A stretch of 63,221 nt of DNA, filler included, from Octopus bimaculoides (GCF_001194135.2; 5 parts of 4 records of this genome joined end to end with filler, not necessarily neighbours in it), one strand, 5' to 3'. Positions 23,151-37,160 are shown, counted from the whole stretch's first letter. The notes: generated from the sequence alone by a model not told the origin. Translations and numbers: made by a program.

Positions 23151-23307
23151 TATTAGAAAAAATAATAATCAGGTACTCAGATGTCTGAATGGTTGTACAT
23201 TTACAGATTTCTTATTCATGTGTCAAATGTTTTATAGATTAGCGCTTTCACCTGTAAATGTACAACCATCTAGACATCTGAGTACCTGATTATTATTCTT
23301 TCTAATA
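23151..23307. repeat. 56-bp inverted repeat with 45-nt spacer (MITE-like hairpin)
   Basis: Arms 23151-23206 and 23252-23307 are reverse complements with 3 mismatches. Confidence 0.85.
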
Positions 23308-23316
23308 CATATACGT

Positions 23317-23377
<61 letters not shown>

Positions 23378-23496
23378 CAGATAGATAGATGTTTGTATGT
23401 ATATATCCATAGATATATGTATATATGTATGTACATATATATGTATATACATACATACATATATATATATATACACGCGTGTAATCTGCGTGTGCA

Positions 23497-23529
<33 letters not shown>

Positions 23530-24756
23530 GTGTGCATGCGTATGTGCGCTTGTGCACGTGTGTACATATGTATTTGTGCGTATTAAAGAATGTTAATCCC
23601 AAATCAGTCTGCGATTAGAAACACAATTCGGAAATTATTGTAAGAAATTGTTTCTTGCTGTCGCATTTGGTGATAAACTAGTTTGAAATTGAACAATTTT
23701 CCAGATGATTTAAAATCAATGCTAGTTTGATAACCGCCAATTTGGTAACGGCAAGATGTGCTCAGAGGCAAGCGTTCATGCAAGATCTCATGTCTGAGAA
23801 TAACATTTCTTTACATTCACCAGTCTTGAAGACACTGGATAAGTTTCATTGACGCTGTCCTTCCTTTCCCGGTTAAGTCATGTAAAAACTAGTAAAATGA
23901 AAAGCAAAATATAGTGTGTCCTTTCTTTTCGTGGCGGTGGGATTGTAATTTGATGGAGATCTGGAAGCTATTTCAAGCCCTTCTGGTGAACACTGAGAGG
24001 TCTCCCTTGCAGGCTCCTTAGAGCGAAAAGACAAAGCTTCAGAGGAGCCTGTTGAACTAATGTTGAATCCAATTTATTTCTTCGCTTAAAAACGCCATCG
24101 TTACATACTTTCGGTACTCTTTTCGATATGTATGTGTTGAAGAACTTCCTAAAATAAAATGAATTTGTGTTACATGAGAAGTACAGCGAGTTCTGACGTT
24201 TCCGCGTACGCACGTGCACACAAATGTACTCATTCACTCATGCACACACACACGCCAACGCATTCACACATACGCACTCAAACTTTTGTTTATTTCCTGA
24301 GACTTTAAATTTTGTTTCTGTAAAAAAGTGTGACATTGTGCCCTAGACCAATAGCTCTGGAATGACACGAAATGTAGCTGGGTGCGCCGCGAAATTCAAT
24401 CATAATATTAAAAAAATATTGAAAATGTCAAATTGAAAATTTAAATATAAAGTGGTCTTTATTTATTGATTCATGACGAAAGTAGTTATTTCCTGCAATT
24501 TAAAATATTTATACAATTACAGTGTGAATAATATTTATTAGCCTTTCAAAAAACGCAAAAAACTGTTATCTTCATTTAAACATTTGTTACTTGTTATCAA
24601 AATTTACGTCGCACCAAATGAATTGCAGTGGAACTGGGTCAATGTGACGAAAATTTTGACACCAAGTAATAAATGTTTCACTGAAGTTAACAGCCTTTGT
24701 GTGTTTTTGAATGGCCAATCTATGTCTTCCACGCTGCAATTGTTTTAGTCTCAATT

Positions 24757-25135
24757 GTTGGCACTCCGTCGCTTACGACGTCGAGGGTTACAGTTGATCC
24801 GATCAACGGAACAGCCTGCTCGTGAAATTAACGTGCAAGTGACTGAGCACTCCACAGACACGTGTACCCTTAACGTAGTTCTCGGGGATATTCAGCGTGA
24901 CACAGTGTGACAAGGCTGACCCTTTGAATTACAGGCACAACAGAAACAGGAAATAAGAGTGAGAGAAAGTTGTGGTGAAAGAGTACAGCAGGGTTCGCCA
25001 CCATCCCCTGCCGGAGCCTCGTGGAGCTTTAGGTGTTTTCGTTCAATAAACACTCACAACGCCCGGTCTGGGAATCGAAACCGCGATCCTATGACTGCGA
25101 GTCCGTTGCCCTAACCACTGGGCCATTGCACCTCC
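24757..25135 (-). mobile_element. Full-length SINE family B with about 12-bp TSD
   Basis: Complete head-to-(caa)n tail; tttagtctcaat on both flanks. Confidence 0.9.
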
Positions 25136-26526
25136 ACTTTAGTCTCAATACATAGTCTCAAATCAAATCACAAACCAAACAAGTATATCTTCAAAATATT
25201 TATATTTATAGGTTAAAATAAGGTGGTGAGCTTGCAGAATCGTCAGCTTGGCAGCATTTCACCCGTCTTTGCGTTCTGAGTTCAAATTCCGCCGAAATCG
25301 ACTCTGCCTTTCATCCCTTCGGGGTCGATAAATTGGGTACCAGTTGAGCACTATGGTCGATGTAATCTACTTAATCTCTCCCCATAAACTGCTGATGTTG
25401 TGCTAAAATTTGAAACCAATATTTATAGGTTAAAATATATAAATCTTTCTGTCCTTCCCCTCAATCCTTGATGAAATAGTAAGAGCACAGTAGAGACATG
25501 GCAGGCGCGTCTTCAGCGTGGTGGAGCTCATCCCTGTTCAGGAATTGATCATAACTGCTTTCTTCCACAGAAGTGGAGAATAAAGGTAAACAAAGGAATC
25601 GTCCTTACCTATGCATGTGCATGTAAGTGTGTGTGTGTGTGTGTGTGTGTGTTCATGTATGCATGCATTATCGTTGTTATAATTATTATCATCATTATCA
25701 TTATTATTATTAATTCCATGAGCTGGTGGATTCGTTACCATGCTGGAAAAAATATATAGCGGGATTTTGTCCGTCTTACGGTGTAAGTTCAAATTCCGCT
25801 GAGGTCGTCTTTGCTTTTCATTCTTTTGGGGTGAATGAAAAAATTTGAAAACTGGGGGTTGATGTAACCGATTTACCCCCTCCTCGAACTTGCTAGCCTT
25901 GTACTAAAATTTGAAACCATTATCATTATTGCTATTATTATTATTATTATTCCACAGAATAATAATAATGGAATTTGTTCCAGCTCATGGAATTTGTTGC
26001 TGCTCAATGTAGCAAGCTGGCAGAAGCGTTACCGTAGAGAACAAAATGCCTCTTTTATACTCTTTTTATTTTCTTTTTTACTTGTTTCAGTCATTTGACT
26101 GCGGCCATGCTGGAGCACCGCCTTTAGTCGAGCAAATCATATTTCTTACGATGCACTATTTCTTCGGTTCAAACTCTGTTTGCATCAACTTCGCCTTTCA
26201 TCTTTCGGAGATCGAGAAAGTATAGCACCAACCAGGTACCGGGTCGACTAATCCGCTCCCCTCAAAACTGCTGGCCTTGTGTCTAAAATTGAAATCATTA
26301 TTATTCCTTGTTACTGCTGTTGTCGCTGATATTTCCGCTCGGGATATGTTAAGATATTAGTCCATGCTTTTGTTCATAGCCACCATTTTTGTATACAAAA
26401 GAAACCCTTCAAGAAACGAGTTCAAAGTTCAAACTTTAGGAAGTTACCTTTATGCGAGTATACTGCTTTGTTTCGTATACTGCTTCTAATGCGAAAAGAG
26501 ATTTTCTAACGGACTAGTTTCCTTGT

Positions 26527-26914
26527 AGTGGAGGTGCAACGGCCCAGTTTTTAGGGCAGCGGACTCGCGGTTATAGGAACGTAGTTTCGATTCCCAGACC
26601 GGGCGTTGTGAGTGTTTATTGAGCGAAAACACCTAAAGCTCCACGAGGCTCCGGCAAGGGATGGTGGCGAACCCTGCTGTACTCTTTCACCACAACTTTC
26701 TCTCACTTCCTGTTTCTGTTGTGCCTGTAATTTAAAGGGTCAGCTTTGTCACACTGTGTCACGCTGAATATCCCCGAGAACTACGTTAAGCGTACACGTG
26801 TCTGTGGAGTGCTCAGCCACTTGCACGTTAATTTCATGAGCAGGCTGTTCCGTTGATCGGTCCAACTGGAACCGTCGACGCCGTAAGCGACGGAGTGCCA
26901 ACAAACAAACAAAT
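26527..26914 (+). mobile_element. Full-length SINE family B with 46-bp TSD
   Basis: Direct repeat at 26481-26526 and 26915-26960 (2 mismatches). Confidence 0.9.
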
Positions 26915-27561
26915 TGCTTCCAATGCGAACAGAGATTTTCTAACGGACTAGTTTCCTTGTTACACAATCAGTGCTTGTATGACACTGTTTTCTATATATT
27001 ACAAGCGAGATTAAACTGTTGTCATACCTGGCAAACGAGTACCCACTTCTGAAGATGATCTAAAACAAATCGAAACGACGTAGTCTGGTGGTCTCGGAGC
27101 TAGGGTGACAGGATTTATCTCCCGCTTGCAATAAATACCGAGTGCGAGTAGCGCACTGAATGAACCAGCTGGAGGTGATGTGTTACTGGTATGGTCATCT
27201 CTTAGAGGACAGCCACATTAAAATGCTCATGATCAATACTTTTTGCGAGTAATATTAGAAAAATCTGTTATTTAATCTCATGAAATCCTTTGTTTAAGAG
27301 AGCGACTTGTTAACAACGTCTAATAATAATAATAATAATAATCCTTTCTACTATAGTTACAAGGCCTGAAATTTTGTGGGAGGGGGAGGGGCTAGTCGAG
27401 TACATCGACCTCAGTGCTCAACTGGTACTTATTTTACTGGCCCCGAAAGGATGAAAGGCAAAGTCGACCTCGGAAGAATTTGAACTCAGAAATTTAGCGA
27501 CGGGCGAAATACCGCTAAGCATTTCTTCCAGCGTGCTAACGATTCTGCCAGCTCGTCACCA

Positions 27562-27614
<53 letters not shown>

Positions 27615-28027
27615 ATAATAATAATAATTATTATTATTATTATTATTATTTCAAATCTTTGCCACAAGGGAAGCTTGGAGGAGGTGGGGATGAGTTGGTT
27701 ACATCGACCCCAGGATTCAACTGGTACTTATTTTATCGACCCCTAAAGGATGAAAGATAAAGTCGACTTCGGCGGAATTTGAACTCAGAATGTAGCGGCA
27801 GACGCAATACCGCTAAGCATNNNNNNNNNNNNNNNNNNNNNNNNNNNNNNNNNNNNNNNNNNNNNNNNNNNNNNNNNNNNNNNNNNNNNNNNNNNNNNNN
27901 NNNNNNNNNNNNNNNNNNNNNNNNNNNNNNNNNNNNNNNNNNNNNNNNNNNNNNNNNNNTTAGCGACGGGCGAAATACCGCTAAGCATTTCTTCCAGCGT
28001 GCTAACGATTCTGCCAGCTCGTCACCA

Positions 28028-28080
<53 letters not shown>

Positions 28081-28489
28081 ATAATAATAATAATTATTAT
28101 TATTATTATTATTATTTCAAATCTTTGCCACAAGGGAAGCTTGGAGGAGGTGGGGATGAGTTGGTTACATCGACCCCAGGATTCAACTGGTACTTATTTT
28201 ATCGACCCCTAAAGGATGAAAGATAAAGTCGACTTCGGCGGAATTTGAACTCAGAATGTAGCGGCAGACGCAATACCGCTAAGCATTTCAGTCAGCGTGC
28301 TAACGATTCTTCTAACAGCTCGCCGCCTTTTAATAATCTTTTCTACTGTAGGTACAAGGCCTGAAATTTGAGGGAAGGGATTAAGTCGATTACATCGAAC
28401 CAGTGCGTAAAATGGTACTTATTTAATCGACCCCGAAAGGATGAAAGGCAAAGTTGACCTCGGCGTAATTTGAACTCAGGACGTATCTT

Positions 28490-29520
28490 CTCTACCTTCT
28501 CCTCTTATCTTCTCTACCTTCTCCTCTTATCTTCTCTACCTCGTTATTTTCTCCATCTCCTCCTCGTATCTTCTTTCCTTTATCTTGTACTTTTTGTTCT
28601 CTTCTTCCTTCCTCTATCCGAGATAATCTCTCCAACTCTCCTTCCTGCAGTTGTGTTTCCGAATCTGTCTCCACTGGAACAACTGGTATCTTTACTGGTA
28701 ACTCCACTTTCTTTTTACTTTCCCTTTTTCTTCCTTCTTACTGACCCCCATCACAGTTTCTTTTCTCACCTCTTCTCTCTTCCTTTTCTGCTTCTCTGGC
28801 GGAGAACTCATTCCTCCGATCCTCCTTCTTTTCTTTTTAACCATAGTAAATCCATTCTCCGTTTCTTTTTCTGCTTCTTTTTCTGTTACCATGATCTGGT
28901 CCACACTCTCCTGTCTCTCCACCTGTTCTGCTTGTTGTTCTCTTTGGGCGCACCAGGCCTTCATGTGGCCCCTCTCTCCACATATGAAACATATCGGCGG
29001 CCTTCCCTCTACACTGACTCTCAATCTTAGCTCTAGAGATACTCCGAAGAAGGCAAGCTTTGTTTAATTTTGAAGTTGCTAGATATTTTGAAGCTCGTTA
29101 CAAGCACCCCACGTAAATTCCTTGCGTGTAATGCAGTATTTCTTACTCTCAGCATTGTTAGCACTCCGTCGCTTACGACGAGGAGGGTTCCAGTGTGACA
29201 AGGCTGGCCCTTTGAATTACAGGCACAGCAGAAACAGGAAGTAAGAGTGAGAGAAAGTTGTGGTGAAAGAGTACAGCAGGGTTCGCCACCATCCCCTGCC
29301 GGAGCCTCATGGAGCTTTAGGTGTTTTCGCTCAATAAACACTCACAACGCCCGGTCTGGGAATCGAAACCGCGAGTCCGCCACCCTAACCACTGGGCCAT
29401 TGCGCCTCCACACTCTCAGCATAAGCCCAGACAAAAGAAACTTTCTGCCCATTCCAGCCAAAGAAATATGGATTTCTTACATGGATGCAAAGCCATACAT
29501 TGAGACGTGTAATCGATTAA
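28490..29520 (-). mobile_element. Tx1/L1-like ORF1 fragment with CCHC knuckle, interrupted by a SINE
   Basis: RVSVEGRPPICFICGERGHMKAWC followed by a K/E/R-rich tail; frame resumes across the SINE at 29155-29410. Confidence 0.75.
29155..29410 (-). mobile_element. Internally deleted SINE family B with 11-bp TSD
   Basis: actctcagcat on both flanks. Confidence 0.85.
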
Positions 29521-29771
29521 GTTCACACCAGAACGCATTATAGACATTATATAATACATTATATTATCGCTCTAGGGATTACAAAAGTGAAAGTCGATCT
29601 TGATAAGATTTTAATATGTCTTACAGTCTTGATGCGACGAGCTGGTAGAATCGTTAGCTCGCCGGCCAAAATGCTTAGCGGCATTTCGTCCGTCTTCACC
29701 CTATTGAATACTGGGGTCAATGTAATTCTGTGCCAAAATTTGAAACCTATATGTCTTATAGACTTATTTGT

Positions 29772-29812
<41 letters not shown>

Positions 29813-30314
29813 TTTAGCCTGTCACTCTTCATTGAGCAGCCCAAAAGCATAAAGCATTTCAGCATAAAGCATACTTCACCATTTTTTCCCCTTCCGGGTT
29901 AATAATAATGTATTTCTGATTCATTGAGATACTTTAGTTGTCACCCCAGTCTGCTGTGTTGAAGTAGTTACCAAATGATTTTCTCTCAGTTGTTTGCCCA
30001 CTGGAGTGTCTGTTAACATGCAACTAGCCACATGACGGCTTATTGTAGTATTTTATATTATAAATAAGGTACAAAACCAAGATTTTGGTTTAATAATTCT
30101 TTTATTACTAAATTTTTTGTGAAAAATCTATCCGCAACTAACATCCTTTGACTGTTTGTTTCCTTCAAAAGAATTTTAAAGTTTTCTTTCCTTCTTGTCC
30201 GATTTGAGGCCGTGACTAAATACGGGAGCTGGCAAGTAAATACCAAATACACAGAGTTGAAACGTTGTTTGATTTTTCTTTTCAGCGTTGAATGTTCGCC
30301 ATCCCACTTCCATT

Positions 30315-30368
<54 letters not shown>

Positions 30369-31541
30369 TCACATACCGCCCTTTTACATACACGCACATA
30401 TACTCACACAGAGTTGAAACGCTGTCTGATTTATCTTTTTCACCGTACAGTTTCCATCATCCCACTACGAAGTTTGCCATCACTCCTTCCTTCTTTATTC
30501 ATCTATCTCTCCTTCCTTTCTCATTCATATATTGTGACAGAGAAAAACACAAGAGTATTATTACTACCAAACTTGGGAAAAATCTATCAGCAACTAACAT
30601 CCTATGACTGTTTGTTTCCTTCAAAGTAATTTTAAAGTTTTCCTTCCTTCTTGTCCGATTTGAGGCCACATAAAGCTGGCCGTGACTAAATACAAGTGCA
30701 TTTCATCTTTTCAGGGTCAATAAATTAAATACCAATTGAAAACTAGAGTCGACTCCTCAAGCTAAAATTGCTGGCCTTGTGCCAAACTTTGAAAGAATTA
30801 CCAAATTTACACTGACCAATGAATAAATACGGAACGTCAGTTACCTACTCTGCGTAAGCCCATTTAAATTGACCAGTATGACCACTCTCGTTCACATTTC
30901 GATAAACACACTAGACTTCTCTCTACTCTCACCTTCCTGTTCAGGTGATACTTGGAGAACTTGATAAGAGCTTGGCCAGATGTAGCCGAGTGGTCTTCGT
31001 CCTATTTTTGAGTGCAGAATTATTTTGAGTGCAGAATTATCAATTAGCAACATACCTTCTGATCGATGATCATATGACTTAAACTATATATGATTCATAA
31101 CACCCAATACACGAACATCATATTTTGATTTCTAGATTTATACACGCACACACAAAAAGACTCACTCACTTTCTCTTCCTTTCCCTCTCCGCTCTCTCTC
31201 TCTCCTTCTTTGCCCCTCTAGGAATGCTAACCTTGAAAGTAAATCAAATAATTACACAATAAATTATGCTTTCTAATACAGAATTTATGAACTTCTTTAC
31301 AGTTTAATGCCTTACATCATTATTGTCACTTATTTATCATTCGCTTCAATTTATTTCTTAGATTCTTAACAGTTCAAACATTTATTAACAATTATGCCGT
31401 CTAACTAAGCATTCATATCAAATTTACTGAATTAGATGTTCATTTATAATTAACGCAGTCGATATTAGGTGCAAATAATACACGTGCACAAACACAAGTA
31501 CACATATACGCACGCATACACATACACACATACAAGCACAT

Positions 31542-31578
<37 letters not shown>

Positions 31579-31702
31579 GTCACTTTCTCTCTTTCTGTCA
31601 CTTTCTCTCTCTCCGCCACTCTAATACGAGCATTATAGAGTTTTCAAACATAATTAAATCCTAAGTGATGCGAAGGGAGAGAGGGGGAGAGAGGAGGGAA
31701 AG

Positions 31703-31749
<47 letters not shown>

Positions 31750-32984
31750 GGAGAGAGAAGAGATATCAACAAAATTGTGAGTTACAACGCATACATGCAC
31801 AGTCTTTTCGTATATCACTATTTCTCTCTCCCCACTCTCTCTCACTCTCTTTCTGTATCTATATATCTATCTATCTATATATATATATATATATATATAC
31901 AATACTTGTATATGATGTGTTGTGAATTTATGGAAAGAAATCCTGTAAAACTCAACAATTTAGTTAAAAATGGAGGAGAGAAATTGTTAAAATATATAAG
32001 AGAATTTTAATTCATGCAGACGATCGTTTCGTACAGAGATATAAAAATAATGCAAATTCATGATTGAATTAAATTAAATTAATTGAATAAGTTAATTATG
32101 TATCAATGTACTCTTCAGTGCATGAAGTATAAACAAAATTTTTAAAAGGAACTTCAGAAAAGAAGTAGCAAAATAAAATCTAGGAGATTCATATTTATCC
32201 TTATGAGGAATGGAGATGTGAGTCCAGTTAGGTATTAATTATAACTAAAGGTTATAACGGTTATTTGAAAATATAAGTAAAAGAGGTTTCAGAGACGTTC
32301 CCTCTATAGATGAGTAAGGAAATTAGAAATTTTAACTCCAAATAAGTCGCGTAGGCCAAAAATAGTATAGAAATGTCCAGTGGAAAGGTATGGCTATATT
32401 TGAATTAAGATATGACCTGACAGTTAAAAACATTATTTAGTGTGGTGTGTATTAAAAAAAATTATACATGAGAATGAAGTTAATCTAGAGGAGATAGTGT
32501 ATAAAGAGCTACTAGAAAGTTAACGTAAACAAGTGTTAGAGAGATAAAGGGTTAAAGAGAGAATAAGATGCGTAAAATGGACTTATGTTTGCATAAGAAC
32601 TAATATTCGTTAGTATGTATTAAATATAATGTAGAAAAATATTTAGATAGTAAATACTTGCTGTGGCTATAAAGATGAAAAAAGTGATGTTGAAATATAT
32701 ACTAGATGTCGGAATACGGAAAAATAAATCAATGTAGGGGAGATAGATGAACTGGGAATAAAAATAATAAAGGGTTTATTTTATATGTATTGATATGCAA
32801 GGTTATACAGTAACTATGTTTTAGTATAAATAAAAATTATGAGGTAAGGAACTAGCTTCGCATAATGCGAGAGGGATATTTGATGGTATTAGGGTAGTAG
32901 TAATATTCAAGTAATAGAAGAGTATTGTGTATTATGAATATACGAAAAATTACGAGTATGAGGGTGCACAAAAGTTGTTGTTGT

Positions 32985-33357
32985 TGGCACTCCGTCGCTT
33001 ACGACGTCGAGGGTTCCAGTCGATCCGATCAACGGAACAGCCTGCTCGTGAAATTAACGTGCAAGTGGCTGAGCAATCCACAGACACGTGTACCCTTAAC
33101 GTAGTTCTCGGGGGAGATTTAGCGTGACAGAGTGTGACAAGGCTGGCCCTTTGAAATACAGGTACAATAGAAACAGGAAGTTAGAGTGAGAGAAAGTTGT
33201 GGTGAAGGAGTACAGCAGGGTTCACCACCATCCCCTGCTGGAGCCTCGTGGAGCTTTAGGTGTTTTCGCTCAATAAACACTTACAACGCCCGGTCTGGGA
33301 ATCGAAACCGCGATCCTATGACCGTTGCCATAACCACTGGGCCATTGCGCCTCCACG
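32985..33357 (-). mobile_element. Full-length SINE family B with about 10-bp TSD
   Basis: gcacaaaagt on both flanks. Confidence 0.9.
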
Positions 33358-34216
33358 CACAAAAGTATACAAACAAATTTATACATAATGTCAGAGAAAA
33401 AAATAATCTTATAAGGAAAAAAGTGTTAGTATATTTACTCATATTTGCATATATTTACTCATATTAGTATACATAGATATAGGAATTCTAGTTGTTTTTG
33501 ATTAGGGTATGCATGAAAGAAGAAACACCATACAAAAAATATATATACTCATACCGGTGCAAAGAGAGAAAAGGGATACACATATAGATATAAATACACA
33601 CACATATAAAAAAGTATTAGTATGTTTATATGTGCGTATGCGAAACATACGTATATACGCAGATACACACGTTCATATTAAAAGATACATGTTAGTGGCA
33701 ACATATAGTAAATAAACACAAAATAATAGATGTACACACACAAATGACATATAAGATCCATACCTAGATATGCACACATGGTTGTAGACATGTAGGACAC
33801 CAAGAAGTACTATATGTGCATACATGTTTGCATATATCAGCAGTAAAATATATTTAATTATCAGGTAAAGAGACAAGTAATATAAACCAGTAATAGTTAG
33901 AATGGGTATGTTGAGGGGTTTAAATGGACACATTATGCAAATAAAATTAAATACAAAAAATTATAGGTATATTATATACTTGAGAAAGATATAATTTTTT
34001 TAAAACAACAGACAAATTGAGAGAAAAAGAGGTGTAGGGAGAGATAGATAAAGTGTTAGCCCTATATATGGTGGGTCATGCAATTGTTAGAAGGAAATGT
34101 TAAATAAAAAATACCAAGATAGTGTAAGATATAGTGATGTAAAGTGGATGTGATGAGTAATCGCATTCCACAGAAAAAGATAATATATAGAAATATTTTT
34201 TAAAAAACACCAAAAA

Positions 34217-36050
34217 CTAATCTAAGCAAAAGAGTAGTGAAGAATTATATAAGATTGATAAGAATTTGGTCATGTGTTTACATGAGGAAACTTTTTCATC
34301 CCTAATAGTAACCAAATCGTCATTCATTCTCATTATGCTATAGCTTTCTTCCAAGCACAACCTACAAATTTTATTATTATTTCTGTAAGAGAGGGAAGAA
34401 GAGAGGATTTTTAAAAGAAATTGAGAAATCAATATTGCTTCTTTTGAGGTGCCAAATCTTTTTAGATAGACCTGTGCTTTTTTCTTTTCTAGGGTTCCTA
34501 AAAGAAGATCTGTAATTATAAATTCTCGATTTAAGTGAATATTTCTTGCAACCCACGTATATGTATCTAGAGGAGTCCTGAGTAATAATAGTTGCTTCGT
34601 ATACAACTTCTTTCATTTTGCAATTTCTATCTACTTTGGATCCCTACAATTACAATTTAAATTAATGGGTGGTACTATGGTGTTATGTCTATGTTTATTC
34701 GGGATAATGGAGTTCTGGTCATTATCATTGTAGTAGTTATTAATTAGAGGATTATTGGAGGTACTAGGTACTAGGTACTGTAGATTATCCTAAAGAGATT
34801 TGGAGAGACTGAAAATCCAAATCTAATTTTTTTATTAAATATTTTAGCATATTTATAGTTTTTGAGTGTTTATTAATTATTATTCTAATGGATCTAATGA
34901 AGTTAGATTTTAGATGTTTGGCGAAAGGGATTATGATCCAAATAATGTTATTGCTGTTTTCTTTATTGGAATGATGAGTTGTGTTTGGGAGGGTCAGCTA
35001 TTCTCACACAAGATATTGGTTTCTTTTTTGCTATTCTATTCCGATCTATATTAATTTGTGTTCTATGGTTATGTGTTTTATTGAAGGAATTAGGTAAGTT
35101 TACATTATTTTCATTTTTTTCTGTTTTTGGTTTAATATTCCTATTTTCATCTATAATTATATAGTTTTTGTGTCTGTTGTCAGTATTCTTGGGTTTATTA
35201 ATATTAGTGTGGTTAGTAAGGTGAACATTGGTAAAATTTATATTAATTTTCCCTTTAGTAAAGTTATGGTTATAATGCTCGTATTGATTAAGTTTATTAG
35301 TATGTTTTTTGTGGCTGTGATTTTCGTGTTTTTTGCTAAAGAGTTTCTGAGAGTTTTTATACGTTTATTGGGGTGTACTAATTCATCAGGTGACTTAGGT
35401 TCACAAATATTATCCACGTTATTCATTTCAAGATTAAGTTTGGTATTATTAGTATTGATGCTGTCGTTTTTATTATACTTAATTTCATATTTATATCCCG
35501 CCTTTTTAAATGCTAGGTTATAGTAGTCTTTATGTTTGTTGAATATTTCTTCATTAGATGATAATAGATTAATTCTTCTCTCTATGTTAGTGGTCAAGTT
35601 TTCTATAATGTTATATGGATGGTTACTTTGTGCGTTTATGTATGTGATATTGTTGTTAGGTTTATGGTAAGGCTGGTGGGTGGAAGTATTGAGATTGAAG
35701 TTAACATCTACGAAGTCCACAGAGTTGTTATCTTTTTCAATGGTAATGGATAGACCTTGGTTTTCAAAAAATTGTGTAGTCTTTTTTTTGTAGAGTTCAA
35801 GTTTTCTGTTGGAGGTATTTCTATGAATAGGGCGTCATCCCGATAAAATCCACCTTCTAATTCAAGGAATTCTTCTTTCAGTTGGTGTAGTAGGTAAATC
35901 CCGACTAAATCGGTTACCTCTGTTGAGTCTTGCGCGCCCATGGGTACATCAAAACAGTAGCAAAACGAAATAGTTATTGCATGATTAGAGTGATTACAGC
36001 TGCATCCGGTTTGGTATAGTGATTATATAGCTGATGTAGGAAAAATTATA
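34217..36050 (-). mobile_element. Penelope-like element, degenerate RT plus GIY-YIG endonuclease
   Basis: FDVPMGAQDSTEVTDLVGIYLL, GGFYRDD, thumb YHKPNNNITYINAQSNHP, then VVYEATI...YIYVG...LKSRIYNY...LCLEE...SSCKH; broken by frameshifts. Confidence 0.9.
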
Positions 36051-36667
36051 TTACAGTATGACCAAAAGAATTCAGACATTCCTTGGTAGCATCAATACTG
36101 CACCACACCGCTTGAAGAAGCGATTCTGTCGAAAGGTGCAGAAATCTCCGCAATCTCCAGTCGGCAGCTGATGAAGGGGTATCCGGCAGTATAAACGCTA
36201 TGCTTCTTTTTGATTTGTAGGTAAATCCAATTGCGGCAGCGATCAATATAATTCTTCACTTGTTTCAGTCGTTAGACTGTGGCCATGCTGGAGCACCGCC
36301 TTGAAAGGTTTTGATCGAACAAATCTATCCCAGTACTTATTTTTAAAGACTGGCACTTCACTTACCCATAATATGTAGAAAAAAAAGTAGCACCAGGAAA
36401 GAAGAAAGTGTAGCTCTTGAATCATTAAGATTTACCGGAGTTTCCGCATGGGTGAAATTATTGAAGGCTTCTCGGAATTAGTTGTCTTAAACTTTGGTAT
36501 TTCCGTAAGCGCGTAACCCCGTAACATGAAGTAGCAGTAACGCGGAGGATTTCTGTATACAAGTGTTTTTCTACAGCGCCGGTCTGATCAAAGATTTGTG
36601 GGTAGACTTGGCAGACGGAAACCGAAAGAAGCATGTCGCATATGAGTGTGTGTGTGTGTGTGAGTGT

Positions 36668-36729
<62 letters not shown>

Positions 36730-36891
36730 NNNNNNNNNNNNNNNNNNNNNNNNNNNNNNNNNNNNNNNNNNNNNNNNNNNNNNNNNNNNNNNNNNNNNNN
36801 NNNNNNNNNNNNNNNNNNNNNNNNNNNNNNNNNNNNNNNNNNNNNNNNNNNNNNNNNNNNNNNNNNNNNNNNNNAAGAACAAAAGAAAAAA

Positions 36892-36933
<42 letters not shown>

Positions 36934-36941
36934 CACATATT

Positions 36942-37160
36942 ATACGAAGGAGTGTTGAAAAACTCCTGGCTTTAAGGGTATCGCGAAAAGCCTGGTTGAA
37001 GTCCCAAACTTCCGGGCTTTAACAGGGCTTAGAAAAACTGAAGGACCACTACAATAAGTTTAGGAATCCTTTCGGAGAATATGTTGAATAAAATTATAAT
37101 TAACGGATCTTTCTGTATTTTCTTTTATCCAAAGCCGGGTACTTTTCAGCTCCCTTTCAT
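36942..37160 (+). mobile_element. Tc1/mariner-type MITE (about 220 bp)
   Basis: Homologous to 60661-60890; degenerate TIRs gttgaaaaactcctggcttt / aaagccgggtacttttcagc. Confidence 0.7.

Noticed and set aside
27035-27095. CTGAAGA-tgat...atc-GAAA-cgacg-TA hammerhead-like string
   Set aside because: Stem I does not pair (ccactt versus gtctgg); at most a decayed copy
27490-28290. Exact 466-bp-period duplication giving two identical 75-aa ORFs
   Set aside because: Identical down to microsatellite lengths and spans a gap, so probably a contig overlap artefact; the ORFs are SINE and microsatellite translations
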